Made by a program: the position numbers and the translations under genes. A stretch of DNA of 64,000 nt from Lama glama (taxonomy: Eukaryota). This document shows, piece by piece, positions 51,297-64,000 of the stretch (position 1 is its first letter; the number at the start of each line of letters is the position of its first letter). The notes under the pieces are model-generated. The model ran no database searches and had not been told where the DNA came from. It saw nothing but the letters and a program-made list of their open reading frames with translations. Location: assembly GCA_028534125.1 (NCBI GenBank), contig CM052824.1, positions 60,574,001 to 60,638,000 of the forward strand, written 5' to 3'.

Positions 51297-51365
51297 AACA
51301 AGAAAGCATACATTAATTACATAAAAATAGTTCTCGAGTAGTAGCGTAAGTCCTCATGACGTCAT

Positions 51366-51373
51366 TAGCAGCA
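51366..51373 (-). promoter_or_regulatory. miR-15/16/195/497 8mer seed site (TGCTGCTA) in the SKI 3'UTR
   Basis: Plus-strand tagcagca, close to the UTR end. Confidence 0.6.
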
Positions 51374-53730
51374 GCGAAGGAGAGACCGGGCGAGATGCAG
51401 GCGCTCCTGGCGGGTTCGCAGGTGGAGCTGTGGGTTTTTCCTTAATTGAAAAAAAAGTGTCATTTGTGACTCCTGACTTAAAGCGAGAACAAGACGGCCC
51501 CCCGGGCCCAACGGGCTGGGAGGGGACGGAACCGGTGGGCTCGGTGCCCTGGGGCGTGTTCCTCCTAGGTTAAAAACAGCCCGGAAAACAGGACAGCTAC
51601 CAGGTAAGAAGGGAGACCTGAAAAGGAACCACCGTACACACGCATGACACACGAGTGTAAAAGGAAAGCTATTTACACGGCCGGGCCTTTTCACACCGGC
51701 TAGTTCTGTAGGAAAAGCAGAATGTTCTGAGTTAGCTGCTCCGTGGATGAGTGTTATTGCTGTGGTTTCTTTCCCTTCATTAAAACCCTTTCAGCGTGGA
51801 AACAACGGGTGGTTACACTGAACACACAACCATTCCGATAATGGCGTCACACACAGGGAGAGCCGGCAGCCTGCGAGACAGACCCCTCTCCTCCCTTTTC
51901 CTGAAGAGGGCTCCGACTGCAGCTGCACCAGCGGGGGCCTGGGGACCCGCACCCCCGTTCTCCCCCAGACCGGGGACGAGGCCGGGCAGCGGGCACCTGG
52001 GCCCAGTGGCCGAGGCGTGCAGGTGCCAGGAGGGGGTGGTTCCAGGGGAGGGAGAGCCAGTGCCCACCCTCCACCCCACAACCCCAGCTTAGAAAAATTA
52101 CCTCCCTCTGGAGCCTAAAAACTCAAAAAGTAAGCAGCGCAAACCAGGTGGCCTCGGGCAGTGGGTCCCGGGGGCCTCTTGATCTCACCATGATTTGCAG
52201 ACTTGGCAACAGAGCACAGCCACACAGAAGCACACTGACACACTTAAAGCTTTGCTGCAACTAAATCATTTAGTTTCCCTTGAAGAAATGACAGAAAAAC
52301 ACAACTCTGGAAAAACAAGGCTAAACACAGCATTCTGAGTGTTGCGGGACGCAGCCGACCCTACATAGGACACGGTAGTAATGCCCGTCGGTGGACGCAC
52401 GTGTGGCAGAGGGTTAGAGTCCATGCATACAGACTGAGTAAAACTGCAAAGAAAAACAAAAGCAGAAAAATTAAAAAACAAAAAACAGAACCAAACGAAC
52501 GCTGCATACACATGATGTCCCTTTTGCATTGCACTTGAGAAGGGGGTCCAGCAGCACCTGGCCCTACCCAGTAAACCAAGGGCAAAATCCCACAGACGAT
52601 GCCGTCACCCAGTCTCTGCTCGACTTGGCAACGGTGTCACCACCTCCCGCAGCCACCGTCCTGCACCAGCCACCTCCGCCTCCCGGCTCCGCTCACGGCT
52701 GCCACGGTGTTGGATCAGCGGCAAGCAAAGAATTCTGGGAAGATCTTTCTGCACAAATAAATACCACAACTTTAGGACGGGCAGCCACCTCGTCTACTGG
52801 GAATCACTTTTTAAGCTTGGGCATAAGAAACCTTATACAATTCGCATACAGTTGAGTAAACGAGATTATTTGGAATAAATGCAAGTTAACTCATTTCAAT
52901 AGTGGCAGATTCAATCGCTACTGAAGACATATTTGGGGGTAAAAAAATGAGTCAGGGTTTGCTGTACAAGACGCTGGAAGGCACAGAACTACCCCCCGAA
53001 GTTCGGTTTTTGCATCTTCATCTTCATGTGATTCCCGTGTTCAACCAAGCACCAGAGGGGTTTCCAAACACTCGAGCACTTAGGATCTGGATGCTCTAGA
53101 AATCAGTTTGCAATGTTGAAAGTAAAAACCTCAGTTAACTGGGGAATAAAAAGAGAAGGGAAGATTTTTGACAAAGTGCAGTTCTAAATATACGCTTAAA
53201 TGAACGAACAAACAAAAAGAAAAAATGAAATAATGCTGTGTTTTGTTCCAATGCTGCAGCCTCAGTCCCCAGACAGAAGAGCGATGTTGCAGAACTGAGA
53301 GGGTGGCGTGGTCGAGGGCGCGTGTGCCGGCCAGCGTGGACCTGCCTCCCGGCATCCCTTGACGACGGCGCCCCTTGGACGGTGCTTGCAGACACACGTG
53401 CTGATGGCGCAGGGCCGGGGCGCGGGCGGCGTAAGGCGGCGGGTTCCAGCTCATCAGGCGTGCGTGACGCTCTCCGTGCCCTTCCTGGTGGCAGCACAGG
53501 AGACCTGGGTCCTTGTCGCTGAAAAAATAGACTCTGGAGAAAAACCCTTCGTGTCCTCACGCAACTGCGGGCACAGATGAGCTGTGATGGCTTTGAGGGG
53601 CAGGGCAGCAGCCACCCCGGCTCCCTGGCGGGTCCTCAGGTGGTGTCACGTGTGGGTGGGGCTTTTAAAAGTTAGTCATTAAAAAACATGTTGAATTTTC
53701 TGAACATCAAGTCTCCTTATTGGTTTTAAA

Positions 53731-53738
53731 TAGCTTAT
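53731..53738 (-). promoter_or_regulatory. miR-21 8mer seed site (ATAAGCTA) in the SKI 3'UTR
   Basis: Plus-strand tagcttat is identical to miR-21-5p nt 1-8 and lies in an AU-rich context. Confidence 0.7.
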
Positions 53739-54052
53739 AACAAAAGTGTAAATGTTAGAATGTTCTGGCAAGCGCAGGGCCAGGCGCAGCCACCAGCTGG
53801 CCTCGTCTCCAGCTGCACCTGGGGGCCGGCTTGCTCACTTGAACTTGGCCAGTAGAAAATTTTGCAGTGGATTCCAAAAGTATGTGGTTCCAAACACTTG
53901 CTTGGTTATAGGCACAGTAAGACGTTGTGCTATATGGACTGGAGAGAGGGGCAGGCCCCGCCGGGCACAGAGGGCCCCGCCGCTGGCGTGCCGCCCGCCT
54001 GCCCGCCCCTCCCTGTGGCGTCCACACCCGCACAGCAGACAGCGGGCTCCAG

Positions 54053-54241
54053 CTAGGGCTCCAGCTCGGCTGTGCTCTCGCCGCCTGCAGCCTCGGAGCG
54101 GGGCCGTGGCCACAGCTGCTCCTGCAGCCCCTTCACCACCTTCTCCAGGTGCTCCCGGGCCTCCCGCTCCCGCAGCAGGTCGGCCCGCAGCTGCTCGCGA
54201 TCGGCCTCCGCGTGCTGCAGCTTCACCTGCAGGTCCTCGAT
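54053..54241 (-). CDS. SKI: SKI exon 7 coding part (terminal exon)
   Basis: Acceptor ttccttgcag|. Translates [62 protein letters not shown], with TAG at 54055-54053. Confidence 0.97.
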   Translation of the reverse strand: MEDLQVKLQHAEADREQLRADLLREREAREHLEKVVKGLQEQLWPRPRSEAAGGESTAELEP

Positions 54242-54793
54242 CTGCAAGGAACGTCCTGCATTAGCAGTGCCCACCCCACGGACGCCGCCCCGGTCCAGCC
54301 CTCCCTCCCCGTGCCCAGGCTCGCCCACCCACTGCCTTCTGGGAGCCAGGCCAAGCCCAGCAGGGCCTGGGGGGCGTCCTGGATGGCACCAGGACAGCAG
54401 CCCGGGCGGCTCTGCTACCGACCTGCTCGGACTGCCCCGAGCGCAGTGGCCTCAGCACGCCCTCCCGAGGTCCTGGGGGACCTGCTGCCCAGCTTAGGCT
54501 CCTAGGCGGCTGTGAGGCCAGAGCAGGGGCTGTCGCACCCACAGCCCCATCTCTCAGACCCTGGCCGGACAGGATGGCCAATCGGGACATGCCAGTCATT
54601 CAAAAGTGCGTGAAGTGGGGGTGCAGCCCTCCCCCAGAGCAGGAGGCTGGAGAGCCTCAGGCCACGACACCTCCCGCGGAGGCCGGGCCTGAAGTCCCGC
54701 AGCGCCTGAGTCTGCTGTGGCTGGGGTTGGGTGACCAATGAGGTGAGAGGGTCCCCGAGGCGCCAGCGGTGCCCACGCCTGCCCATTACCCTA

Positions 54794-55381
<588 letters not shown>

Positions 55382-55685
55382 TCAACCAGAAGCAGGGAAA
55401 TGGGGTGGAGGCTCTGAGCGAGTGCCTGAAACCCATTTGGAAGGACGGTGGCACCCGGGGTGACTGGGGCTGGGCTGTGCTCAGAGCCCACATGTGAAGC
55501 TGTCCCAGAGCTGCCGGACGCTGGTGGAAGTGTGAATGCAGCTAAGACCCGGGGTCCAGGCCGCAAAGCCACCGTGCAGGGGCCCCGCCCTCCCCGAGGC
55601 GCTGAGAGCTCCGACAGCAGAGAAAGGCAGCAGCGGAAGCGGAGGATGCAGGTGGCCCCAACCTCGGTCTCCAGCCCCCTCCTCA

Positions 55686-56237
<552 letters not shown>

Positions 56238-56241
56238 TCAC

Positions 56242-56504
56242 ACTCCTCCCTGCTCTCCACTTCCACTTCAGCCTCCGAGTCCTTGTCATCCTCCGGGACG
56301 GCCACGGGGGCTGGCGTCCCTGGGGCTCCCGGGGTGTCCATGGTCAGCTTCCGCTTCCGAGGCTGGATGCAGGTGGCAAGAGGCTCAGGGGCCCGGGAGA
56401 CAACGGAGGCGCATGGCGGGCTGCTTACCACCTTGTGCTGGGCCGGTGGTGCCAGGGCCACGTTGGGGGCCACACCCGTCTCAAAGCTCTTGTAGGAGTA
56501 AAAG
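56242..56504 (-). CDS. SKI: SKI exon 4 (includes the PRKRKLT NLS / Akt-site motif at 56342-56362)
   Basis: Acceptor gtcccctgcag| and donor T|gtgagt; 263 nt, phase 2/1. Translates [31 protein letters not shown]...[15 protein letters not shown]...[17 protein letters not shown]. Confidence 0.97.
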
Positions 56505-56897
56505 CTGCAGGGGACGGTGGGCGTTGGTGCCTTGGTGTCCCCCCCCGCCCCTGCACCCCCTTCTGACGGCCAGCATGCACCCTTCGTCTCGGGACCTGCT
56601 CCTGCAGACGTGTGAGGGAGAAGGACACTCCAGACGGGGGCCCAGAGAAGCCGGAACTGGCACCCAGTGTAGAGGAGGCTCTAGATTCCAATCACATGCA
56701 ATTCTAACGCCCTCTCCTGATGCCATAAAAAGGACCAGCATGTCTGTGGCTGCCCTGACCGGAGAGCCTGGACCTGACAGGTAGCCTCCAGGCCATGCCG
56801 AGCACATACAGGCTCAGGGATGATCAAAGCAGGAAACTGCCTCGCCCGTTGGCTCTCATCCTGGGGTCTGGTACCCATTCTGGGGCCTGGTACTCAC

Positions 56898-57013
56898 CTG
56901 TCTCGAATCAGGGCCGGGAGGTGCGGGGAGAGCTCTTTGTCACTCGCAGAGACCGCAGGGGACCAGGGTCGGAAGGCGGAGAGGCGCTGGCGGGGGTGGA
57001 CGCAGCCCAGGCT
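56898..57013 (-). CDS. SKI: SKI exon 3
   Basis: Acceptor tctcccaacag| and donor AG|gtgagt; 116 nt. Translates [39 protein letters not shown], a hallmark SKI/SnoN segment. Confidence 0.97.
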
Positions 57014-57106
57014 CTGTTGGGAGACATGGAGGCAGAGATGTGCGGTCAGAGGCTGAGGGCTGCCCATCTGCCCGCCCGCCCGCCCTGCCCGCTGGCCGAG
57101 GAGAAC

Positions 57107-57229
57107 CTTGCTGGAGGAGCCGGCCAGAGTCCGCAGCCAGCCAGACGGCTTGTCCTTCTCAGAGGACGTGGGGTGCTGGGAGGGGGTGTCATCTGCTTTC
57201 CTTATGGAGGCCGGGGGTTCAGAGGTGAC
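57107..57229 (-). CDS. SKI: SKI proto-oncogene exon 2
   Basis: Minus-strand acceptor tgtcctcacag| and donor AAG|gttctc; 123 nt, phase 0/0. Translates [41 protein letters not shown]. Confidence 0.94.
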
Positions 57230-60200
57230 CTGTGAGGACAGGACAGTTCTGTTGGCAGGCTGGGTGGCATCTCCAGGCCTAGGGCAGGGTCTCCGGCCCC
57301 CAAACTCAATCCTGTATGAGGTGTGTTCTGTGAGTGACACGGAGGCCCTGCCGCATGCGGGGACAGCTGGAGCTGCTCTGGTGCCGCTCACCGTGGGACT
57401 GGTCCCACTGCAGCCCTGCACATGTCACGGGGACTGGTGCCAGGCAGCCGGCAGGAGCTGAGGGCCCTCTGGTTCAGAAGGGACCCTTGCCTCCACCCTC
57501 GCGTGTGGGAGGGACAGCCCAGCAGGCAGGCTCACTGGCTGAGTGTAGGGCCCCCCTGGGGCCGCCCAGAGCTTTCAGGGAGCATCACACAACACCTCCA
57601 GAGTTTCTGGATTTCACCAACTGGAACTAACATCAAAGACTCCCTGTGGGCCTGGGGCGGCTACACACGCGGCAGCGGAGCAGCCCCTACCCCACCCGCC
57701 CCGAAGAAACACTCCCCAGATGAAACAAGTGCGCTGGGCCGGAGAGGAGCCCCTCGGCCTTCCCAAGTCTCCCTGTCAGCGCTGCTGCCCGGCCCCCAGC
57801 TCTGGGTCTGCTGGACGCCGTGGTCCGAGCAGACCCCAGGCTGGTGTCAGATTCCCGAGGACAGAGTCCCTCCCTGAGAAAACAGAGCAGCGTCTGGAAG
57901 ACCGACGTTCCCCGCCACGGGCTCGGGGCTGAGCAGAAACTACGAGGCTGTGGGTGTGCCTGAGAGGCCACAGCACGGGCCACACGCCAGCACCCACCGA
58001 CGGCAAGGGGCCAAGAGGACGACGCCCGGTCAGTCCCCAGGCCTGACCTCGGAGTGGGTAGCGGATGTGGCGCTCCCTCTGCATCAGGGAACACTTCCTG
58101 AACTGGCCCTTGGGGCACGTGCTCCCCGGGGGGTGGGGGGTGGGAGGGACGTGGTCAGCCAGGTGCCAGCTCACCAGGACATCACCACAAAACTCAAGAG
58201 GTTTAAGGTTCCACCCAGACTCACAGAGCCAAGGAGCCAGCACGACGCCTCCCCTGACCCCACACAGCCTGACTCCCTAATTCTGCCCCAAGAAACAGGG
58301 AAGACAGACAGTGACCTTGCACCTATGGGACCGGGCGGCAGATGCAAGGACGCACCAGCCTCCATCGCTGCCCGGGGGCAGCCTGCCCACCTTGCCCCTG
58401 GAAGAAGGTTCGGGGCTGGACCCGTAGGCGGCCGTGGGTGGTCTGCTCAGACCCGCAAACACTCACTCAGGAAAGAAAAGCCCACCTGCTGTTGCCTTTT
58501 AGGGGAAGCGAGTCCGAGTCTGCCCGCCTCCCACAGCGAGTGCGTGCGGGGCTGGGCCGGGCGGGGCCAGGACCCCTGCCGGGGTGGGGCTTCCTGTCTG
58601 AGCCGAGTTCTCACGGACAGAGAAGCCGCAGCAGCTGAGCAGATGCTGAGAAACCCCAGCGACGCCAAGGGGATGTGTGGGACAGATGACTTGGGCCGCA
58701 GAGACCAGGCCACCCCCACGCAGCCTCGAGCCCCCGGCCTCCTGTTCACCCCCACCCCCGGCCCCACGCGAGCCCACTGTCAACCCCAGGATGTGGCCGG
58801 CCGAGGCCACTCAGGTGCCAACCGCTCAGACGCCCATGAGAGGAGAAATCCCCGTGCCTTCCACGAAGCCCAGGGACGGCTGTGACAGTGAGGAGGCAGC
58901 ACAGGGGCGCGTGTGGGACAGGCCCCGCTGCCTCTCCCTCACCTGCAGCCCTGGGAAGTAGGAGCTGCTTCATGCCTGGACCAGTCCCAGCGGCCGCAGG
59001 TGGCCAGGGACAGGCTGCGCGCGGTGACAGCCACGCGTCCCATTCTGCAAGGAGGTGAGGCCCACCTCCTCACCCTGCTGTGCGCCTCACTGCCAGTCTA
59101 CGGGCCCAGGACACGCCCAGGCAGCGGTGCCAGAAGCTGCCAGCACAGTGCCAAGCCGTGGGTTGGCCCCAGGAGACCCCCACCCACAGAGTGCCCCTAC
59201 CCAGGAACGCGCAGAGCCACACGTGTCTGACACCGAGGTCAGGACACATGTGTCTGCCCACAGAGCACACCTCACACGGGGTCTGTGCGTGTCACCCAGG
59301 GGCCTGCGCAACCTGCAAAGATCTGGGAGAACAACCTGGGGGTGACTTCACCCCCACGACAGCCACGTCGACCACGGCAGGGTGTCAGCCAGATCACAGG
59401 CACTAGCTATGGGTGGGGAGGTCAGGAGGTGGCCATCCTCCAAGACCAGCACGGAGGACAGCAGGCAGATGGGGGGCCACTAGGAGCCAGGGCGGCTTCT
59501 GGCAACAGCCCCAGGCCTCAGGCTCACAAAGGCCCTACTTAGCGCCTGAGTCCCAGGGCACTACAGGCTGGCCCCGCAAGCAGAGTGGGGGCTCCTCTCT
59601 GCCCTGGACGGACCATGGGCACCTGTGCCCTGTGCTGAGGCCCGAGGTGGGGTAGGGTAGGGTAGGGGGAGGAAGGTTTTGGGTCAAGGATGAAGCTTTC
59701 CTTGGATTTGAGTCCCCCAACCCCCAGTGCTGCACTGAGAGCCCCAGGTTCCAGCAGCTTGGACGCTGGCCCCTGACCTGGACATCTAGGGCCCACAGGA
59801 GTGAGGGCCTAGGGGAACACCGCCAGGGCCTGCCCTGCAGCCTCCGATCATTCCTCATGCCCCACCTTGGATATGTTAAAGCAGAGAAAACACGTGTGGG
59901 GAGAAAAGAAAGGGGAGAGCACACCCCAGATGCCGGCTGGCGGCACTGGGCTGAGGCCTGAGGGCACAGCGCGACTCCTTCACGCGCAGAGCTCCGGCTG
60001 CTCCACGGGGACTGACACCCCCCAGCTGCCGGTTCTGGGGCGACCCTGGCAGTGTAGAGGGCGGCTCCCCGACTGGCCGGGTACGGAGCTGCCCAGCACC
60101 GCCCTGGACAGAACAGGAAGGGAGTCTGCAGGGGTGGAAGCAGCTCGAGGGCACAGGGTCAGAAAAGGGAGGCGCTGCTGGCCTCCCCAGACGCAGGCCT

Positions 60201-63200
60201 CAACACAGACCCAGCGCCAACGGCGACACCCCAAGGCCGGGGCCTCGTGGGAGGGCCGTGCGCCACCCCCAGGTGGCTGCCAGGTGGGAGGAAGTGGTGG
60301 CTCTGAGTCAGAGGGAAAAGTCACCTTCCCCACCCAGGTCCACAGTTTTACCCATGGGCCCTGGTGGGAGGCGGGGACCTCAGGCTAAGGGCTCTGAAAG
60401 CGAGGTGTCAGGACCCTGACCGTCCTAACTAGGGCCGCAGGTGCTCAGGGAAACAGCAGCAGCGGCCTCGGTCTGCCCAGGTGGGGTCCGCTCTGCCCTG
60501 TGCACGGCCACCTGCGTGTCTCCACCGTGCCTGGAGGGGGACGCCTGTTCGGGCAGACGTCAGCTTCCGCCCGAGCGCGGCCTCACAGGTGGGGCCGCCA
60601 GGGGTGGGGCACAGCCCCGCTCACAACTACAAGGTTGTGCACACACATGATCCGCCAGAGAGGAGCAGCACCCTCACCAGCACCGGACAGGGCTGCTCTG
60701 ATTTTGTTTTCTTGCTCTGCGGGGCTGACGTCAGCCATCACCCCCAGATCCTCCGGTCTGCACCAGGCAATGTGGCTGGGGGACCAGGCGGGAGCAGCCA
60801 CCCAGGGAGAGGCCACACGAGCAGCGCCAGTGTCCCTGGAGCTCTGGACCCTGCCCAGCACCGTCAGGTATGAGAGCTGTCCCCACGGAGAGACGGACAC
60901 TCTGTGCTGCAGGGCCAGGCCCGGCGGGCAGGACAGGACTGGGATGGGAGTTCTGCCCCCCGGGGACCAGGCACGGGCGCCGTGCTCGGTGAGTAACCCG
61001 CCTCCGGCAGCGTGTGCACAGCAGGTGCCCTAAACCGCCCAGCTCCCAGACTCTGGTCTGAGGTGGGAGGAAAACGGGGCCGGGAGTGCAGGCTGGGTCC
61101 CCCAGGTCCCCGGTTAGCCCGAGTCACCGTGAGGAAGCTACGGACACCGGGCCGAAGGCAGGAGGAGGTGAGTGAAGCGACGAACTAGGAGTCACAGGCC
61201 TCCAGACGCCAGGCAGAGAAGTCAGTCAGGAGGACTCTCTGAGGACCCTGTTCTGCCCAACACGCAGAAGGCCTCGGACTGAATCCCAGCCAGCGAGAGG
61301 CCCATGGAGGGTGCCACCAGGCACCGGGGTCAGTGCGCTCAGCTGACTGGGCCGTCCACTCCCAATTCCCAACTGAAGCTGAGCACCCTCCAACTCGGTG
61401 CTGACCATCCCTGCTCAAACCTCTGGGCACAGGACTGGGGTCCAGGTCTGCAGAGAGACTAAGACACCCTGATCAAGACGCCACACTTACCGAGGGGTCA
61501 GATGTCCCGCATCCTGCAGTGCCCACCGGGGTGCAGCTCCCGGCAGGCAGCCTGGTTCGGCAACAGAGGGGGAAGGTGCAACCGAGAGCTGGCCAGAACA
61601 CTTAGGTCAACCTTCCCTCCCGTCCAAGAGAGCAAGCAGCTCCTTTGTCCAAGGGACCACCCAGGGACCGTGCAGAGAGCAAGTGCCCCATGGGGCTGGA
61701 CCACGGAGCGAGGGCTGCACCTCAGAGGCACAGTCACCCTAGTTCCACGTGGGCACTTCTGGAGCACTGCTGGGAGGGCGCTGGGTTAACACCCTCCAAA
61801 TAAGCTAGAGGTGGGTGTCTGGTCCCTGAACGGGCCCCAGACACGTGAGCACCCCGACAGAGGCCCACATCGCCGGCGGGCAGGGCTCTGCGGGGACATG
61901 GCACACGGGGTCCTAGGACAAGACCTGGACACCGAGGCGGCTGCAGCTGAGCGGTGGAGACGGTGGGCCGGGGGCCTCGGCACACGCCCAGGGCCACGTG
62001 GGGCGACACCTCTTACTTCTCGCTCATCAGCAAGCAAAGGGCCCCCGTTCAGTGAGCCATCTACACAGTGACCAGAATTAGCGTAAGCCCATCTCCAAAG
62101 GTCTGCACATCACCTGAGACCCTCCGCGGTAACAAGGCACAGCAAAGGAGTCAAAGGACAGGGCGTGGGAAACGCAGGACCCAGCGCCTGCAAGGTGTCC
62201 TGCCTCTGCCCATCGGTAAGGTCTCCACCCCAGGTCGGGTGACACCTCTGCAGCCACGCCCCCGCCACCTCCTCCTCCAGCAACCGAGCGACCTGGAGAA
62301 ATGCATTCCTCTTAAATTATGGTTGGTGACAACTGGTTCGAAGGACACCATCAACCGGGCGTCAGGACCCGACGTCTGCACGGGGCCAGGTGAGCAGCAC
62401 AGGTGCCTCCTCCATCAGCTCCTGGAAGGCGGTCTGCCTCTCCCGGGAAGCAGCTTCACTTCTGGACACACAGGCTCCACAGATCAGCCCAGGGGCCGCG
62501 TCCCAGTCTCATGGGTATGAGCACACACCCTCCAGGTGAGCAGGGGCCCCCATGTGACGCTCACATAGAGCTGCGTTTGGCCCTCCCGATGCACGTGCTC
62601 TGCTGCGTCACACACCTGCCTGCACCCCTCCCTTACCCTCTTCTGTATCTTTTCCATCACCCCCTCCCACACCCTCTGTCACCAGGTCGCAGCTAGCGAG
62701 GAGGGGAGCCTCCCAAGGGCACACGGAGAGCCGCGCTGCCGGCCGGGGAGAGCAGCCAGTCTCAGATCTGAGCTGGAGGCAGCTGCTCACCCACACGGCG
62801 CCTGTACCACTCTGCCGGCGCGTGCACGGTCAGGCGACAGGGACAGCTGTGTACTAAGGGCACAGGCCGGCTGTGCTCACCCAACACCCAAGGAGCTTCT
62901 AATTTCAGGGAAGGTTTCTGGGAAGTGCGGGGTGGACGGGGGAGAGGGACAGCCGCTGTGTCCTGTCCAGGAGGCACAGCCTGGGGGTAAGATCTCGGGC
63001 CAAGTCGCAGCACCAACCTCCTCCAGGAAGCCGTAAATGACAGCGCGCCCCTGGAGGCCAGCATGGTGGAAGCGGCAGGAGCACCCATACGCCCAGTTCT
63101 TAAACAGGAGATAGTGGCCCCAGCCAGGCCCCCGAGGGCCGCGAGCGAGGTGGCTGAGCTCAGTCCGACGCGTGGCTGCAGGGGCTGCTGTTGGAGCAGC

Positions 63201-63469
63201 ACCGCCACGGCTACGTGAGCTTCATTTCCGCGCGGTGGAGAACACAAGGCAAAACTCGGCTCTGGCTCCCACATGTCCCGCCTGCGCCACGACCTGGGGA
63301 CGCCCCGTCACATGTCCCGAAGGGGAAGGCTGTCAGCGCAGCTCCCTACAACCAGCTGCTCCCTCACACCGACCATCTCGGAGAAAACCGGGCTGCCCAC
63401 GGTAGTTAAGGTTCGGGTGGTGAAGGCACCAGGAAGGGTCCTGCGGCCCGAGCCCCCGCCCCACCAACG

Positions 63470-64000
63470 CCTGGACGACACCAAAGCACAAGAAACAAAA
63501 GATGAAACAGGAAAGGGGGGTTCGTCAAAATCAAAACTTCTGTGCTTCAAAGGACGCCACCAAGAAAGTGAAAAAAACAGCCCACAGAATGGAAGAAAAA
63601 AGTTGCAAATCATGTCTGATAAGGGACCTGTATCCAGATAAAGAGCTGCCAAGCTGACAAAAAACCACCAACAAGGCAAAGGACTTGAACGGGCACTTCT
63701 CCGAAGACACACCCACGGCCAACAGGCACAAGACGACGCCCCCATCACTGACCGCCGGGGAAACGCACGTCACATCCGACTATACCCCACGGCGGCTACG
63801 AGCAGAAACCAGCAAGCAAGTGCTGGTGAGGACGGAGGGGAACTGGGAGCCATCGTGCCGCTGGTGGGAAGGTAACGGGGGCAACTGCCAGGGAAGCAGC
63901 CTGACGCTTCCTCAAAAAGTCAAACGCAGAGCTACCACGTGATCCAGCAATCCCAGGCCTCCGTGAACACTGGAAGGGATTGAGAAGAGGGACCCCCAGG
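63470..64000 (+). mobile_element. L1 ORF2 C-terminal fragment in SKI intron 1
   Basis: Peptide relics KAQETK...KLLCFKGRHQESEK...SDKGPVSR and NGHFSEDTPTANRH, typical of the L1 ORF2 end. Confidence 0.8.

Larger units (their letters stand above)
51255..54052 (-). other. SKI: SKI 3' UTR (~2.8 kb; end approximate)
   Basis: Follows the SKI stop codon. Alternates AU-rich blocks, miRNA seed matches and AUUUA elements, and ends in a UGUA/UAUAAA cluster near 51.29 kb, where composition returns to GC-rich intergenic DNA. Confidence 0.8.

Noticed and set aside
60678-60694. REST/RE1-like CAGCACC-GGACAG
   Set aside because: It lacks the 2-nt spacer of the canonical RE1 and is likely a chance match.

Overview
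This is GC-rich mammalian genomic DNA holding the convergent 3' halves of two genes. MORN1 lies on the + strand as seven phase-consistent coding exons (289-37620, equivalent to human exons 8-14) with a polyA signal at 37655. The proto-oncogene SKI lies on the - strand as exons 2-7 (57229-54053) with a ~2.8 kb 3'UTR ending near 51.26 kb; SKI exon 1 and the 5' part of MORN1 are outside the window. This matches the SKI-MORN1 arrangement at human 1p36.33. Three tRNA-derived SINEs resemble the camelid Vic-1 family, so the host is probably a camelid (inference). Introns contain old L1 pieces, an ERV1-like solo LTR with a near-intact target-site duplication, MaLR/L2/MIR relics, simple repeats and a 138-N assembly gap. 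Nearly all ORFs in the supplied track are artefacts of high GC. I found no convincing novel biological system. The best leads are: (i) a 93-nt, stop-free, in-frame SKI intron 2 with a weak donor (possible retained-intron isoform); (ii) an orphan, promoter-like CpG island between the two 3' ends; (iii) AT-rich, homeobox/GATA-motif-dense islands in MORN1 introns (candidate SKI enhancers); (iv) a Glu-to-Gly change in the SKI C-terminal coiled coil; (v) apparent GC-biased rewriting of old L1 sequence. Comparisons with human proteins and exon sizes are from memory and should be confirmed by alignment.
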